Assembly (NCBI GenBank): GCA_963693055.1
Contig: OY843751.1
Span: 1,792,001 to 1,856,000 of the forward strand
Source: a bacterium
GTDB lineage: Bacteria > Zhuqueibacterota > Zhuqueibacteria > Residuimicrobiales > Krinioviventaceae
DNA length: 64,000 nucleotides
Direction of reading: 5' to 3'
Positions 33,384-43,292 of the stretch are shown piece after piece (the first letter of the stretch is position 1; every line of letters starts with the position of its first letter). A program made the position numbers and the translations under genes. A model generated the notes under the pieces. It was not told the origin of the DNA. It did not search any database and saw only the letters and a program-made list of their open reading frames with translations.

Positions 33384-34658
33384 GTGCTTGAAAAAGGCAA
33401 ACTTTATTATGGAATCAGTTTTGTGGCTTTGTTTCTCATGTTACTCATTGCTGCAGCATCCATGATGACAGGTTGTACACCTGCGCAACAGACTGTTCAA
33501 ATCAGCCCTGAAAGACAAAAAGCCATTCAAGATTCATTAGATAAAGCTTATCGCCATCAATTGGATTTGAATTTCAGTATTGGCCGCGAACATCAGAAAA
33601 ATGGAAATCATAAAGATTCTATCAAACCATACTGGAAAGTTGTAGAATTAGATACCATAGATCGCTTTCCTGATATTTACACCTTTTTGGGTGACTGTTA
33701 TATGAAGCTCGACAAACCGGATAGTGCATTGATTGTATTTAAAATGGGTACCGAGCGCGCTCCTCAAAAAATACACAATCATAGAATGACTGCTTATTTG
33801 AGTATTCCTTTGGGTGACAATGAAACTGCTATTCAGGAATATAATAAAACCATCGAGTTGGATCCTGATAATCTTTCTGATTATAAAGCTCTTGGAACAT
33901 TATTGTTACAGGAAAATATGTTAGAAGATGCTTTGGAAATTTATAACAAGATTCTTGAACTGTCACCTCAGGATGCTGAAGCTGCTGATACAAAAACCCG
34001 TATCATGTCTTCACTTGGATTTGATGATTATGATATTATAGATGCTAAAAAAGAAGCATTGGCTACAAATACTACAGATACACAGTTAATGAGTGAAATA
34101 GCAGACAAATATTTTAAACTGGCAGAATACCAGAATGCTTTGGAATATTATAATATGTACCTGGCAATTAAATCTGATGATGAACGCGTTCTGGAATATG
34201 CAGGAAGTTGTTATCAGAATATGACTCAGTACAAAGATGCAATTGATGTATATGAAAAAGTACTGGCAATAAATCCTGAGCATAAAAAAGTATTGTGTGA
34301 AATGGGTGTATGTTACAAAGAACTGAAACAGTTTGTTAAGGCTCGTGCTATGGCAAATAAGGCTGTTGCAGTAGATTCTGAATATGGTTTAGCATATATG
34401 GTCCGTGGATTAACCTATGAAGCATGTGCTGATGAATGTATTGGTAAACGTGAAAAACGCGTTTCCAAGATTGATGATAAATTAGTATATAAACTGGCTT
34501 ATGATGAATACCAAAAAGCTGCCAAAGATGTCATGTTTTCAGATCAGGCACGTAATCGCATGAACTATATTAAACCTGAAATTCCTTCTCAGGAAGATTT
34601 GTTCATGTACCCGAACAAAAAGAAAGCAGAACTTGACTGCTATAAATGGATATATTAA
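33384..34658 (+). CDS. Tetratricopeptide-repeat lipoprotein
   Basis: GTG start with SD GAGGAGG; hydrophobic segment then MTG-C lipobox; repeated TPR patterns (e.g. A..EYNKTIELDP, A..VYEKVLAINP). Confidence 0.9.
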   Translation: MLEKGKLYYGISFVALFLMLLIAAASMMTGCTPAQQTVQISPERQKAIQDSLDKAYRHQLDLNFSIGREHQKNGNHKDSIKPYWKVVELDTIDRFPDIYTFLGDCYMKLDKPDSALIVFKMGTERAPQKIHNHRMTAYLSIPLGDNETAIQEYNKTIELDPDNLSDYKALGTLLLQENMLEDALEIYNKILELSPQDAEAADTKTRIMSSLGFDDYDIIDAKKEALATNTTDTQLMSEIADKYFKLAEYQNALEYYNMYLAIKSDDERVLEYAGSCYQNMTQYKDAIDVYEKVLAINPEHKKVLCEMGVCYKELKQFVKARAMANKAVAVDSEYGLAYMVRGLTYEACADECIGKREKRVSKIDDKLVYKLAYDEYQKAAKDVMFSDQARNRMNYIKPEIPSQEDLFMYPNKKKAELDCYKWIY

Positions 34659-34680
34659 TATCAGATTGAGTTGATTTTAT

Positions 34681-34710
34681 CAGGAGGGCCAATGCCCTCC
34701 TGTTTTTTTT
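34681..34710 (+). terminator. Intrinsic terminator after the TPR gene
   Basis: CAGGAGGGC-CAAT-GCCCTCCTG-TTTTTTTT. Confidence 0.9.
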
Positions 34711-34730
34711 GGCAAGTAATGGAGATTTAC

Positions 34731-35171
34731 ATGACAATTGCTATCGGTTCGGATCACGCCGGTTTTGATCTCAAACAAGAAGTTATAAAATATTTACAAG
34801 AACTAGAGTTTAATGTAGAAGATTTTGGTACTTATTCTGCTGAACGTGTTGATTACCCTGATTATGCTATCAAAGTAGCACACAGTGTTACTTCTGGTGA
34901 AAATCAGTTTGGTATTCTGGTTTGCGGCTCGGGAATAGGTATTTCAATTACAGCAAACAAGGTTAGGGGAATCCGTGCAGCACTTTGTTGTTCGGAATAT
35001 ATGGCGGAAATGGCACGTAAACATAATAACGCCAATATACTTGCCATGGGTGGTCGTACGACTTCTCCCGAACTTGCAAAAAAAATTATTGATGTATTTT
35101 TCTCAACAGAGTTTGAGGGAGGTCGTCATTTAACGCGTGTTAATAAAATACATACATTAACCGGGAAATAA
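34731..35171 (+). CDS. rpiB: Ribose-5-phosphate isomerase B
   Basis: [36 protein letters not shown]; ATG 34731 with GGAG. Confidence 0.98.
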   Translation: MTIAIGSDHAGFDLKQEVIKYLQELEFNVEDFGTYSAERVDYPDYAIKVAHSVTSGENQFGILVCGSGIGISITANKVRGIRAALCCSEYMAEMARKHNNANILAMGGRTTSPELAKKIIDVFFSTEFEGGRHLTRVNKIHTLTGK

Positions 35172-35175
35172 TATA

Positions 35176-36465
35176 ATGAACAGTTTAGATTTGTTGCAGT
35201 CCTTTGATCCTCAAGTTTATAATGCGATTAAAGATGAAACTGAACGACAGAATCAAAAACTTGAATTGATTGCGTCAGAAAATTTTGTAAGCGTGCAGGT
35301 AATGCAGGCTATGGGTCAGGTAATGACCAATAAATATGCGGAAGGATATCCCGCAAAACGATATTATGGTGGTTGTGAATATGTAGACGTGGTAGAAGAT
35401 CTGGCTCGTGAGCGAGCAATGAAATTGTTTAATGCAGAACATGTTAACGTACAACCGCATTCAGGCTCACAAGCAAATATCGCCGCGTATTTCACATTTT
35501 TGAAACCTGGTGATAAAGTAATGGGTATGGATTTATCTCATGGTGGTCATCTTACTCATGGCAGCCCCGCAAATTTTTCCGGTAAATTGTTTGATATAGT
35601 CAGTTATGGTGTAGATAAAAGCGGTTATATTGACATGGACCAGATGGAAAAAATTGCTTTAAAAGAAAAACCCAAAATGATCATAACAGGTGCAAGCGCG
35701 TATTCACGTGAAATTGATTATGCTGGCTTTCGTGCAATTGCAGACAAGGTTGGCGCTAAACTCATGTCAGATATTGCTCACCCGGCTGGATTGATAGCTG
35801 CCGGATTAATTAAAAGTCCTGTTCCTCATTGTCACATTGTTACTACTACCACCCATAAAACTCTTCGCGGACCCCGTGGTGGAATGATCCTTATTGGTAA
35901 AGATGAAGAAAATGATTTAGGATTAACCACATTAAAGGGTAGAGTTAAAAAAGTATCCGAAATTGTAGATTCAAACGTTTTCCCCGGTTTTCAGGGTGGT
36001 CCTTTGATGCATGTAATTGCAGCCAAAGCTGTTGCTTTTAAAGAAGCATTGCAGGATGATTTTGTTGAATATCAAAAACAAGTAATTAAAAATGCTCAGG
36101 CCTTAGCCAAAGCATTACAAGATAAAGATTATAATATTGTTTCAGGTGGTACAGATACACATGTAATGCTTATAGATCTTCGTAACCATAATCTTACAGG
36201 TAAAGTTGCGGAAAAAGTATTAGAAGATGCTGGTATTACCGTAAATAAAAACATGGTACCCTTTGATGACCAAAGTCCCTTTGTTACAAGTGGTATCAGG
36301 CTGGGCACACCGGCTTTGACAACGCGTGGCATGAAAGAGGATGCCATGGTCGAAATTGCAGGTATGATAGACACAGTATTACTTGATGTTGAAAACGAAT
36401 CAACTATGAGTAAAATTCGCAGCCAGGTGAATGATTTGTGTGATCGTTACCCCCTGTATTCGTAA
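35176..36465 (+). CDS. glyA: Serine hydroxymethyltransferase
   Basis: [34 protein letters not shown]. Confidence 0.99.
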   Translation: MNSLDLLQSFDPQVYNAIKDETERQNQKLELIASENFVSVQVMQAMGQVMTNKYAEGYPAKRYYGGCEYVDVVEDLARERAMKLFNAEHVNVQPHSGSQANIAAYFTFLKPGDKVMGMDLSHGGHLTHGSPANFSGKLFDIVSYGVDKSGYIDMDQMEKIALKEKPKMIITGASAYSREIDYAGFRAIADKVGAKLMSDIAHPAGLIAAGLIKSPVPHCHIVTTTTHKTLRGPRGGMILIGKDEENDLGLTTLKGRVKKVSEIVDSNVFPGFQGGPLMHVIAAKAVAFKEALQDDFVEYQKQVIKNAQALAKALQDKDYNIVSGGTDTHVMLIDLRNHNLTGKVAEKVLEDAGITVNKNMVPFDDQSPFVTSGIRLGTPALTTRGMKEDAMVEIAGMIDTVLLDVENESTMSKIRSQVNDLCDRYPLYS

Positions 36466-36511
36466 TTATTCTCCCCATTGCGGGAACACCATAAAACGGG
36501 CCTAATGTGAC

Positions 36512-36958
36512 ATGAGATGTCCATTCTGTAATTATCATGATACAAAGGTAATAGATTCTCGTACCCGCGACGGAGGGCGATCTATTCGTCGTCGTCGTGA
36601 GTGCCTGAAATGTAGACGACGCTTTACTACCCGCGAACAAGTCGATGAAATTCCCTTATGGATCATAAAACAGGACGGACGCCGTGAAGAATTTGACCGT
36701 GCAAAAATTTTGCATGGACTTCAAGTAGCTTGCGCAAAGCGGCCTGTTTCAATATCTACAATTGAGCAACTGGTCAATAAAATTGAATATGATTTTAGAG
36801 ACCAGGGAGTTGAAGAAGTTGATTCTTCCGTAATTGGGCAATTGATTATGGATGCTTTAAAAGAACTCGATGAAGTTGCTTATGTTCGTTTTGCTTCGGT
36901 TTATAGAAATTTTCAGGCCAAAGAAGAATTTCTTGATGAATTGAAGCAGTTAAAATAA
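36512..36958 (+). CDS. nrdR: Transcriptional repressor NrdR
   Basis: MRCPFC..VIDSR..IRRRRECLKC Zn ribbon, ATP-cone, VAYVRFASVY. Confidence 0.98.
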   Translation: MRCPFCNYHDTKVIDSRTRDGGRSIRRRRECLKCRRRFTTREQVDEIPLWIIKQDGRREEFDRAKILHGLQVACAKRPVSISTIEQLVNKIEYDFRDQGVEEVDSSVIGQLIMDALKELDEVAYVRFASVYRNFQAKEEFLDELKQLK

Positions 36959-36990
36959 CTGGCCAGGTTTTTTAAAATAAAAATTTTGGA

Positions 36991-38331
36991 GTGATTTTGG
37001 GATTGTTTAATTCAAATTCTTTTTCCGGTGGCATTCATCCTCCCGAAAAAAAGAACACATCAAAAAAACAGATTGAAAAATGTCCCATTCCTAAAGAGGT
37101 TATTATCCCCGTTCAACAGCATATTGGTGCTCCGTCAAAACCTATTGTTGAAAAAGGAGATTCAGTTCTTGTAGGTCAACCTATTTCTGAAGCTGGCGGT
37201 TTTGTTTCTGTTCCGTCTCATGCTTCAATATCAGGTACAGTTAAAGCTGTAGAAGAACGGCCTCATCCATTGGGTACACCCGTATTGTCTGTAGTGATAG
37301 AGAGTGATGGCGAAGATAACTGGGAGCCGTCAATAGCTCCTCAGGAAAATTATCTGGAGCTCGATAAAAATGAAATGATAACCCGAATTCAATCTGCAGG
37401 TATTGCAGGTATGGGCGGTGCTACATTTCCTACGCATGTAAAGTTGAGCCCTCCACCAGACAAGCCCATTAATACTTTGATATTAAATGGTGTTGAATGT
37501 GAGCCATATTTAACTTCAGATCACCGGGTAATGCTTGAAGAACCCGAAAAAGTTTTAAAAGGTATTCAGATTTTAACCAAAATCCTTGGATGCAGCCGTA
37601 CGGTAATTGGAATTGAAAGCAATAAACCCGATGCTGTCAAACTGATGAAAAAAATGTCTGCAGATATGGGACTTGACTATGAAGTGATCTCGCTCCATGT
37701 TAAATATCCCCAGGGAGCTGAAAAGCAGTTGATTAAAGCGGTAACAGGCAAATTTGTACCTGCAGGCGGACTTCCTATGGATGTTGGTTGTGTGGTGCAA
37801 AATGTGGGTACAGCAGCAGCCGTGTATGATGCTGTTGCACTGAAAAAGCCGCTTGTTGAAAGGGTTGTTACTGTTACGGGAAACGGAATTTCTGAGGCTA
37901 AAAATATACTTGTACGCATTGGTACCCCCTATACTGATGTTTTTGAATATTGCGGTGGTATTAAAGAAAATGCCGGAAAATTAATTCTTGGTGGCCCCAT
38001 GATGGGTCTCGCACAGTCTTCTATGGATGCCCCAGTGATCAAGGGAACATCTGGTTTGTTAGTATTAGATGAAAAAGAAAGCAAACGTCGACAGGTTACT
38101 GCATGTATTTCCTGTGCTCGATGTGTTGATGTGTGCCCCATGGGTTTAATGCCCAAAACAATTGCCGGTTTTGTGAAAAACGACCGCTTTGATGATGCCA
38201 AAAAATATAATGTGATGGATTGTATAGAGTGCGGTTCTTGTGCATATGTATGCCCTGCTCATATTAACCTTGTGCATTTAATTAAATACGGAAAATCTCA
38301 GGTATTAAAACAAATTAAAAAAGCCGGTTAA
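36991..38331 (+). CDS. rnfC: Rnf electron transport complex subunit C
   Basis: GGIHPPE, QQHIGAP, GMGGATFPTHVK, ECEPYLTSD, YPQGAEKQL, two CxxCxxCxxxCP motifs. Confidence 0.97.
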   Translation: MILGLFNSNSFSGGIHPPEKKNTSKKQIEKCPIPKEVIIPVQQHIGAPSKPIVEKGDSVLVGQPISEAGGFVSVPSHASISGTVKAVEERPHPLGTPVLSVVIESDGEDNWEPSIAPQENYLELDKNEMITRIQSAGIAGMGGATFPTHVKLSPPPDKPINTLILNGVECEPYLTSDHRVMLEEPEKVLKGIQILTKILGCSRTVIGIESNKPDAVKLMKKMSADMGLDYEVISLHVKYPQGAEKQLIKAVTGKFVPAGGLPMDVGCVVQNVGTAAAVYDAVALKKPLVERVVTVTGNGISEAKNILVRIGTPYTDVFEYCGGIKENAGKLILGGPMMGLAQSSMDAPVIKGTSGLLVLDEKESKRRQVTACISCARCVDVCPMGLMPKTIAGFVKNDRFDDAKKYNVMDCIECGSCAYVCPAHINLVHLIKYGKSQVLKQIKKAG

Positions 38332-38369
38332 CTCTGAATTTTTTGCTAAAGGAAAGACGAGTCTTTTAG

Positions 38370-39404
38370 ATGGAAAAGAAATTTTTTGTATCAAGTTCTC
38401 CTCATGTATTTGACAAGGAATCTACATCCAAAATTATGTTTACAGTTAACCTGTCACTGGTGCCTGCTGGCATTGGTGCTGTTTACTTTTTTGGATTGCG
38501 CGCATTGTGTATTATTTTGATTGGTATTGCAACTGCCGTTGTGACCGAAGCATTAATGAACAAGATGATGAAAAAGCCGCAAACTATTTCTGATGGTAGT
38601 GCAATATTAACAGGTTTATTACTTGCTTATAATGTGTCTGCTCAGGTACCTTTATGGATGCCGGCAGTGGGCTCCTTTTTTGCCATTGCGGTAGGAAAGA
38701 TGGTATTTGGCGGTTTGGGATTTAATCCCATGAACCCGGCCCTACTGGGTCGTGCATTTTTGCTTGCGTCGTGGCCTACACATATGACCATTTTTGATAA
38801 AACTATACCCAAAGGTGGCACGGTTTCAGGTATTGATATGATGACCCAGGCAACCCCGTTAAATGTTTTAAAGCAATCCCGTCAGGTCTTGTTAAACGCT
38901 TCAGATTACCCCGTTGATAAATTTACCCAGGCGCATGATGCGATAAGCCAACTGTCAGATTCCATAGGGAATTTGTTCTTTGGACGAATTGGTGGCTGTT
39001 TGGGTGAGACTTCAGCTATTTTGTTATTAATTGGTGCTGCTATTCTGATGTATAAACGTTACATTGGTTGGAAAATTCCTTTCAGTTATATTGGTACAGT
39101 TGCCTTGTTGAGTTGGATTTTTGGCGGGACCGATGGCCTGTTTACAGGTAATGCATTGTTCCATGTAATGTCTGGCGGATTGATTCTTGGCGCCTTTTTT
39201 ATGGCAACTGATATGGTAACTTCTCCGGTTACATTTTGGGGACGTATTTATTTCGGAATTGGCTGTGGTGTAATTACGGTTTTAATTCGTCTTGTTGGCG
39301 GGTATCCCGAAGGTGTTTCTTATTCTATATTGTTAATGAACTTGATGACCCCACTGCTTGACCGCTGGACTCGACCCAAAGTTTTTGGAGGTGCAAAAGC
39401 ATGA
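38370..39404 (+). CDS. rnfD: Rnf complex subunit D
   Basis: SSSPH, FGGLGFNPMNPAL, ATPL FMN site, GCLGETS, FFMATDMVTSP. Confidence 0.97.
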   Translation: MEKKFFVSSSPHVFDKESTSKIMFTVNLSLVPAGIGAVYFFGLRALCIILIGIATAVVTEALMNKMMKKPQTISDGSAILTGLLLAYNVSAQVPLWMPAVGSFFAIAVGKMVFGGLGFNPMNPALLGRAFLLASWPTHMTIFDKTIPKGGTVSGIDMMTQATPLNVLKQSRQVLLNASDYPVDKFTQAHDAISQLSDSIGNLFFGRIGGCLGETSAILLLIGAAILMYKRYIGWKIPFSYIGTVALLSWIFGGTDGLFTGNALFHVMSGGLILGAFFMATDMVTSPVTFWGRIYFGIGCGVITVLIRLVGGYPEGVSYSILLMNLMTPLLDRWTRPKVFGGAKA

Positions 39405-39973
39405 ATGATATTCTAAAACTGGGCGGAATTTTAATGCTGTTTACTGCTATTTCCGCTTCCAGTCTTGCAGGTATATATTCTATTACCAAACCGCGAATTG
39501 AATTAAAAAAACAGCAGGAAATTGAAAACGCGCTGTCTCTCGCAATTCCTACTGCAGACAAAGATGTGATCAAACCTGTTTATGACGATGAGACCATAGT
39601 ATACTATACGGGTTATACCACACCCGATACATCAGAAATTGCCGGCTATGCTTTTGTTGCCTATGGACCCGGTTATTCAAGCACAATTGAAACCATGGTT
39701 GGTGTTGATCAAGCCGGTAAAATTATTGGGCTAAAAGTATTGTCACAAACCGAAACTCCCGGTCTGGGTACCAAAGTAGAAGAAATCAAGTACGGAGATG
39801 ATGATCCTTGGTTTTCAAGGCAGTTTATTGGTAAATCTGCCCAGTCTCTTGCAGTTGACAAGGATGGTGGTGAAATAAACAGTATCACCGGAGCTACCAT
39901 TTCTTCACGCGCGTTAACCAATTCCGTGGTCAGCGGATACGATGAATTTTTGAAAAAAATTCAAGCCAACTAG
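39401..39973 (+). CDS. rnfG: Rnf complex subunit G
   Basis: N-terminal membrane anchor, ETPGLG, ITGATISS FMN-binding motif. Confidence 0.95.
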   Translation: MNDILKLGGILMLFTAISASSLAGIYSITKPRIELKKQQEIENALSLAIPTADKDVIKPVYDDETIVYYTGYTTPDTSEIAGYAFVAYGPGYSSTIETMVGVDQAGKIIGLKVLSQTETPGLGTKVEEIKYGDDDPWFSRQFIGKSAQSLAVDKDGGEINSITGATISSRALTNSVVSGYDEFLKKIQAN

Positions 39974-40003
39974 ATCAGAAACAGGCGAGAAATAGAGGAA
40001 TAT

Positions 40004-40597
40004 ATGTCAGCATTAAAATCATTAACCAACGGATTGTATTCAGAAAATCCGGTATTCAAACAGGCTTTGGGACTTTGTCCCACTTTGGCGGTGAGCAGTT
40101 CCGTTTTGAATGGAATTGGTATGGGCGCTGCCGCAACTTTTGTTTTGATTTGTTCAAACATGATTATTTCCATGATCCGTAAAATTGTTCCCGCGAAAAT
40201 CAGAATCCCAATCTATATTGTAGTTATTGCTACATTTGTTACAATGATTGATCTGTCAATGGCCGGATTTTTACCGGACCTTCACAAATCATTAGGGATT
40301 TTTGTACCCCTGATTGTTGTAAACTGTATTATTTTGGGGCGTGCCGAAGCATATGCAAGTAAAAACAATGTCGGCAAATCCATTCTGGATGGTATCGGTA
40401 TGGGAGTTGGATTTACATTGGCTCTGGTACTTTTGGGCTCCATCCGTGAATTGTTGGGCAATGGCAGTCTTTTGGGTTTTCCTATAATGAGCGCTTCATT
40501 TGAACCGGTATTGATTTTTATTTTACCTCCGGGAGCTTTTTTGACTATTGGTTTTGTAATGGGATTTTTTAACTGGCTTGAAGGCCGCAAGGCATAA
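40004..40597 (+). CDS. rnfE: Rnf complex subunit E
   Basis: ENPVF..LGLCPTLAV, PLIVVNCIILGRAE, LPPGAF. Confidence 0.97.
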   Translation: MSALKSLTNGLYSENPVFKQALGLCPTLAVSSSVLNGIGMGAAATFVLICSNMIISMIRKIVPAKIRIPIYIVVIATFVTMIDLSMAGFLPDLHKSLGIFVPLIVVNCIILGRAEAYASKNNVGKSILDGIGMGVGFTLALVLLGSIRELLGNGSLLGFPIMSASFEPVLIFILPPGAFLTIGFVMGFFNWLEGRKA

Positions 40598-40606
40598 GAG
40601 GGTATA

Positions 40607-41236
40607 ATGGAACTCAGAATGTTATTTGTAATTGTTATTAGTGCAATATTTATTAACAATTTTATTTTTTCAAGATTTTTAGGGATCTGTCCTTATATTG
40701 GTGTATCAAAACAATTAGATTCTGCGGTAGGTATGGGTGCAGCTGTTACCTTTGTGATGTCTTTGGCTTCTATGGTAACCTGGTTAATCTTTCGTTATTT
40801 GCTTGCACCGGTTGAAACCAATGTGTTTTATCACATGTTTTCAATGGAACAGCCCCCAGATTTAACCTTTCTCAGAACTATTGCTTTTATTCTGGTCATT
40901 GCATCGCTTGTGCAATTTGTTGAAATGGTGATTCAAAAAACCAGCCCTGCTTTGTATAAATCTTTGGGTATTTTCTTACCTTTGATTACAACCAACTGTG
41001 CTATTCTGGGTGTAGCTCTGTTAAATATTGATGAAAATTATGGATTTATAGAAAGTGTAGTACATGGTATTGCTGCGGGTGTTGGTTTTACCCTGGCCCT
41101 GGTGTTGATGGCGGGAATACGTGAAAAGCTCGAACTGGCAGATATTCCCAAACCTTTACAGGGAATTCCTATTGCGTTTATTGTTGCAGGTTTAATGGCT
41201 ATAGCATTTTTAGGGTTCTCTGGTCTAAAATTGTAA
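40607..41236 (+). CDS. rnfA: Rnf complex subunit A
   Basis: [36 protein letters not shown]. Confidence 0.97.
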   Translation: MELRMLFVIVISAIFINNFIFSRFLGICPYIGVSKQLDSAVGMGAAVTFVMSLASMVTWLIFRYLLAPVETNVFYHMFSMEQPPDLTFLRTIAFILVIASLVQFVEMVIQKTSPALYKSLGIFLPLITTNCAILGVALLNIDENYGFIESVVHGIAAGVGFTLALVLMAGIREKLELADIPKPLQGIPIAFIVAGLMAIAFLGFSGLKL

Positions 41237-41255
41237 TTTTGTATGTTTTAAAAAC

Positions 41256-41284
41256 TTGATTTTGTAAACATTTTTCTCTAAGTT
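41256..41284 (+). promoter_or_regulatory. Putative sigma70-type promoter for tatC
   Basis: TTGATT-17 nt-TAAGTT. Confidence 0.55.
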
Positions 41285-41316
41285 AGCCTCTTGCGTTTTC
41301 AAGAGGCTTGTTTTTT
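41285..41316 (+). terminator. Intrinsic terminator after rnfA
   Basis: AGCCTCTTG-CGTTTT-CAAGAGGCT-TGTTTTTT. Confidence 0.85.
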
Positions 41317-41339
41317 ATTTACTAAAAGCGAATCAAAAG

Positions 41340-42467
41340 ATGACAGACGAAAAAAATAAAGACAAAAAAAATCAAAAAGAACAGGATAATACTGAAAATC
41401 AGAATACTGAAAATCAGAATACTGAAGATCAGAATACTGAAAATAGTAATGAACCTGATTCCGGAAAAGAAGAGAAAATCGATACAGACCGCGAGCAGGA
41501 TGCATTCAAAGAACCTGCCGGTTATGAAGATTATTATGATGCGGATGATGTTGATTATGATCCAATGACTGAATCACATACATCACGATCTGACCGACAT
41601 CCTGATGAAGAGCCCTTTGATGAGGAAGTTGATAAAGAAGGAAAACAGGTAGACGACAAGCAGGATGACTCTAAACCACCAACGTCAGATGATAACGATG
41701 ACGATGACTATGATGATGATGATGACGACGACGATGAAGATGGGGAAGGGAAAATGCCATTCCTTGATCATCTGGAAGAGTTGCGTTGGACAATTTTACG
41801 TAGTCTGGTTGCTGTCCTGGTTGGTGCTATTGTATGTTGGTTTTTCTCTGAACAAATCATCACATTGTTACGCAGACCCGGCCCCAAAGATATGGAATTG
41901 ATCTTTTTGTCACCTACAGAAGGTTTTATGACCTACATCAAAGTGGCAATATACGCGGGTATTGTTGTAGCTTTTCCCTATATCGCTTACCAATTCTGGA
42001 AATTTATTGTACCGGGCTTGTTGGAAAAAGAAAAAAAATTTGTACCACATATTGCATTCTTTACAACACTCTGTTTTATGGTTGGAGCCACCTTTGCCTA
42101 TATGGTAATTATTCCTTTCGGTCTTCGTTTCCTTTTGGGATTTGAAACCAGTTTTTTGCAAGCCAATATAACAATTGGTAAATATTTAGGTTTTGTAATT
42201 ACAATTATTCTTGTTTTTGGTGCTGTATTTGAACTTCCTGTCATGTCTTTCTTTTTAACTCATATTGGCATTATTACGCCTGATTTTTTGAGAAATAACA
42301 GAAGATATGGTATTGTGATTATATTTATTATGGCTGCAGTATTAACACCTCCTGATATTTTTACCCAGTTAATGCTTGCAGGCCCCTTGATTCTTTTATA
42401 TGAAATTAGCATTTGGGTATCTCGTTCTGTATATAAAAAGAAAGTCAAAGCTGAAGAAGCTGGTTGA
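41340..42467 (+). CDS. tatC: Twin-arginine translocase subunit TatC with a 138-aa acidic N-terminal extension
   Basis: MPFLDHLEELR begins at 41754; SPTEGF, FIVPGL, FELPV, TPPD, LYEISI. Confidence 0.95.
   Translation: MTDEKNKDKKNQKEQDNTENQNTENQNTEDQNTENSNEPDSGKEEKIDTDREQDAFKEPAGYEDYYDADDVDYDPMTESHTSRSDRHPDEEPFDEEVDKEGKQVDDKQDDSKPPTSDDNDDDDYDDDDDDDDEDGEGKMPFLDHLEELRWTILRSLVAVLVGAIVCWFFSEQIITLLRRPGPKDMELIFLSPTEGFMTYIKVAIYAGIVVAFPYIAYQFWKFIVPGLLEKEKKFVPHIAFFTTLCFMVGATFAYMVIIPFGLRFLLGFETSFLQANITIGKYLGFVITIILVFGAVFELPVMSFFLTHIGIITPDFLRNNRRYGIVIIFIMAAVLTPPDIFTQLMLAGPLILLYEISIWVSRSVYKKKVKAEEAG
41388..41447 (+). repeat. Four tandem copies of a 15-bp unit (AATACTGAAAATCAG, encoding NTENQ) in the tatC extension
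   Basis: Two exact copies, one with GAT for AAT, one ending AGT. Confidence 0.95.
41688..41741 (+). repeat. GAT/GAC-rich triplet run encoding a poly-Asp tract in the tatC extension
   Basis: Encodes DDNDDDDYDDDDDDDDED. Confidence 0.9.
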
Positions 42468-42476
42468 TAGACAAAT

Positions 42477-43292
42477 TTGAAGTATATTGATTTACATATT
42501 CATTCCACACATTCTGATGGAATTATGACTCCGGATGAAATTGTTCAGTTTGCTAAAAAAATTGAGCTTGAAGCAATTTCTATAACGGATCATGATTCTG
42601 TGGATGGTATTCAACCAGCGCTGGATGCTGGTGAAAAATATGGTATCAAGGTAATACCTGGAATTGAAATTAGTGCAAATCATTATGGCAAAGATTTACA
42701 CATTTTAGGTTACTTTTTTGATTATACTAATCCTGTTGTTCAGGATTATGGTAAGCGGATCCGATTATACCGTGAAAATCGTGCAAGGAATATTTTAAAA
42801 AAGTTAAAATCCTGTGGAATAGACATCCCTTACGAATTGGTTGAAATGAAATCCAATGGGGGGGTAATTGGTCGTCCGCATATTGCGGATATTTTAATTG
42901 AAGAAGGTCATGCGTATTCCTTTAGAGAAGCTTTTGATAAGTATTTAGGAGAAGCGGGAAAGGCATTTGAACCTAAAACGCTTGTAACTCCGCGAGAAGC
43001 TATTGATATGGTACACCAGGCGGGTGGTATTGCATGTATTGCGCATCCCGGTGTTGATGTGCCGGATGAAATTTTAATGCATCTAATAAAGATGGGTTTG
43101 GACGGAATAGAGGTATTTCATCCCAAACATATTGATGCAGAGATTAAACACTTTGAAAATTTTGCGAAACATCATAACCTTGTAATTACAGGCGGCTCCG
43201 ATTGTCATGGGCCCAGAACCTATGATGTGACTATAGGTGCATACAAGGTACCGGCTTTTTACCTCACAGAAATGGAAAAAGTTCTGGTTTGA
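42477..43292 (+). CDS. PHP-domain metal-dependent phosphoesterase (TrpH/YciV-like)
   Basis: IDLHIHSTHSDG, ITDHD, GIEIS, GRPHIA, AHPG, TGGSDCHG. Confidence 0.92.
   Translation: MKYIDLHIHSTHSDGIMTPDEIVQFAKKIELEAISITDHDSVDGIQPALDAGEKYGIKVIPGIEISANHYGKDLHILGYFFDYTNPVVQDYGKRIRLYRENRARNILKKLKSCGIDIPYELVEMKSNGGVIGRPHIADILIEEGHAYSFREAFDKYLGEAGKAFEPKTLVTPREAIDMVHQAGGIACIAHPGVDVPDEILMHLIKMGLDGIEVFHPKHIDAEIKHFENFAKHHNLVITGGSDCHGPRTYDVTIGAYKVPAFYLTEMEKVLV

Noticed and set aside
35115-35126. GAGGGAGG in rpiB complementary to the candidate sRNA loop
   Set aside because: It lies in codons for the conserved EGGRH motif, about 55 nt from the glyA start; an 8-mer match is plausible by chance.
36466-36511. 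Possible NrdR box upstream of nrdR (ACACCATAAAACGGGC)
   Set aside because: Poor match to the palindromic acaCwAtATaTwGtgt consensus.
41388-41447. Repeat array as a CRISPR candidate
   Set aside because: The 15-bp units are contiguous with no spacers, stay in frame within tatC, and no cas genes are present.
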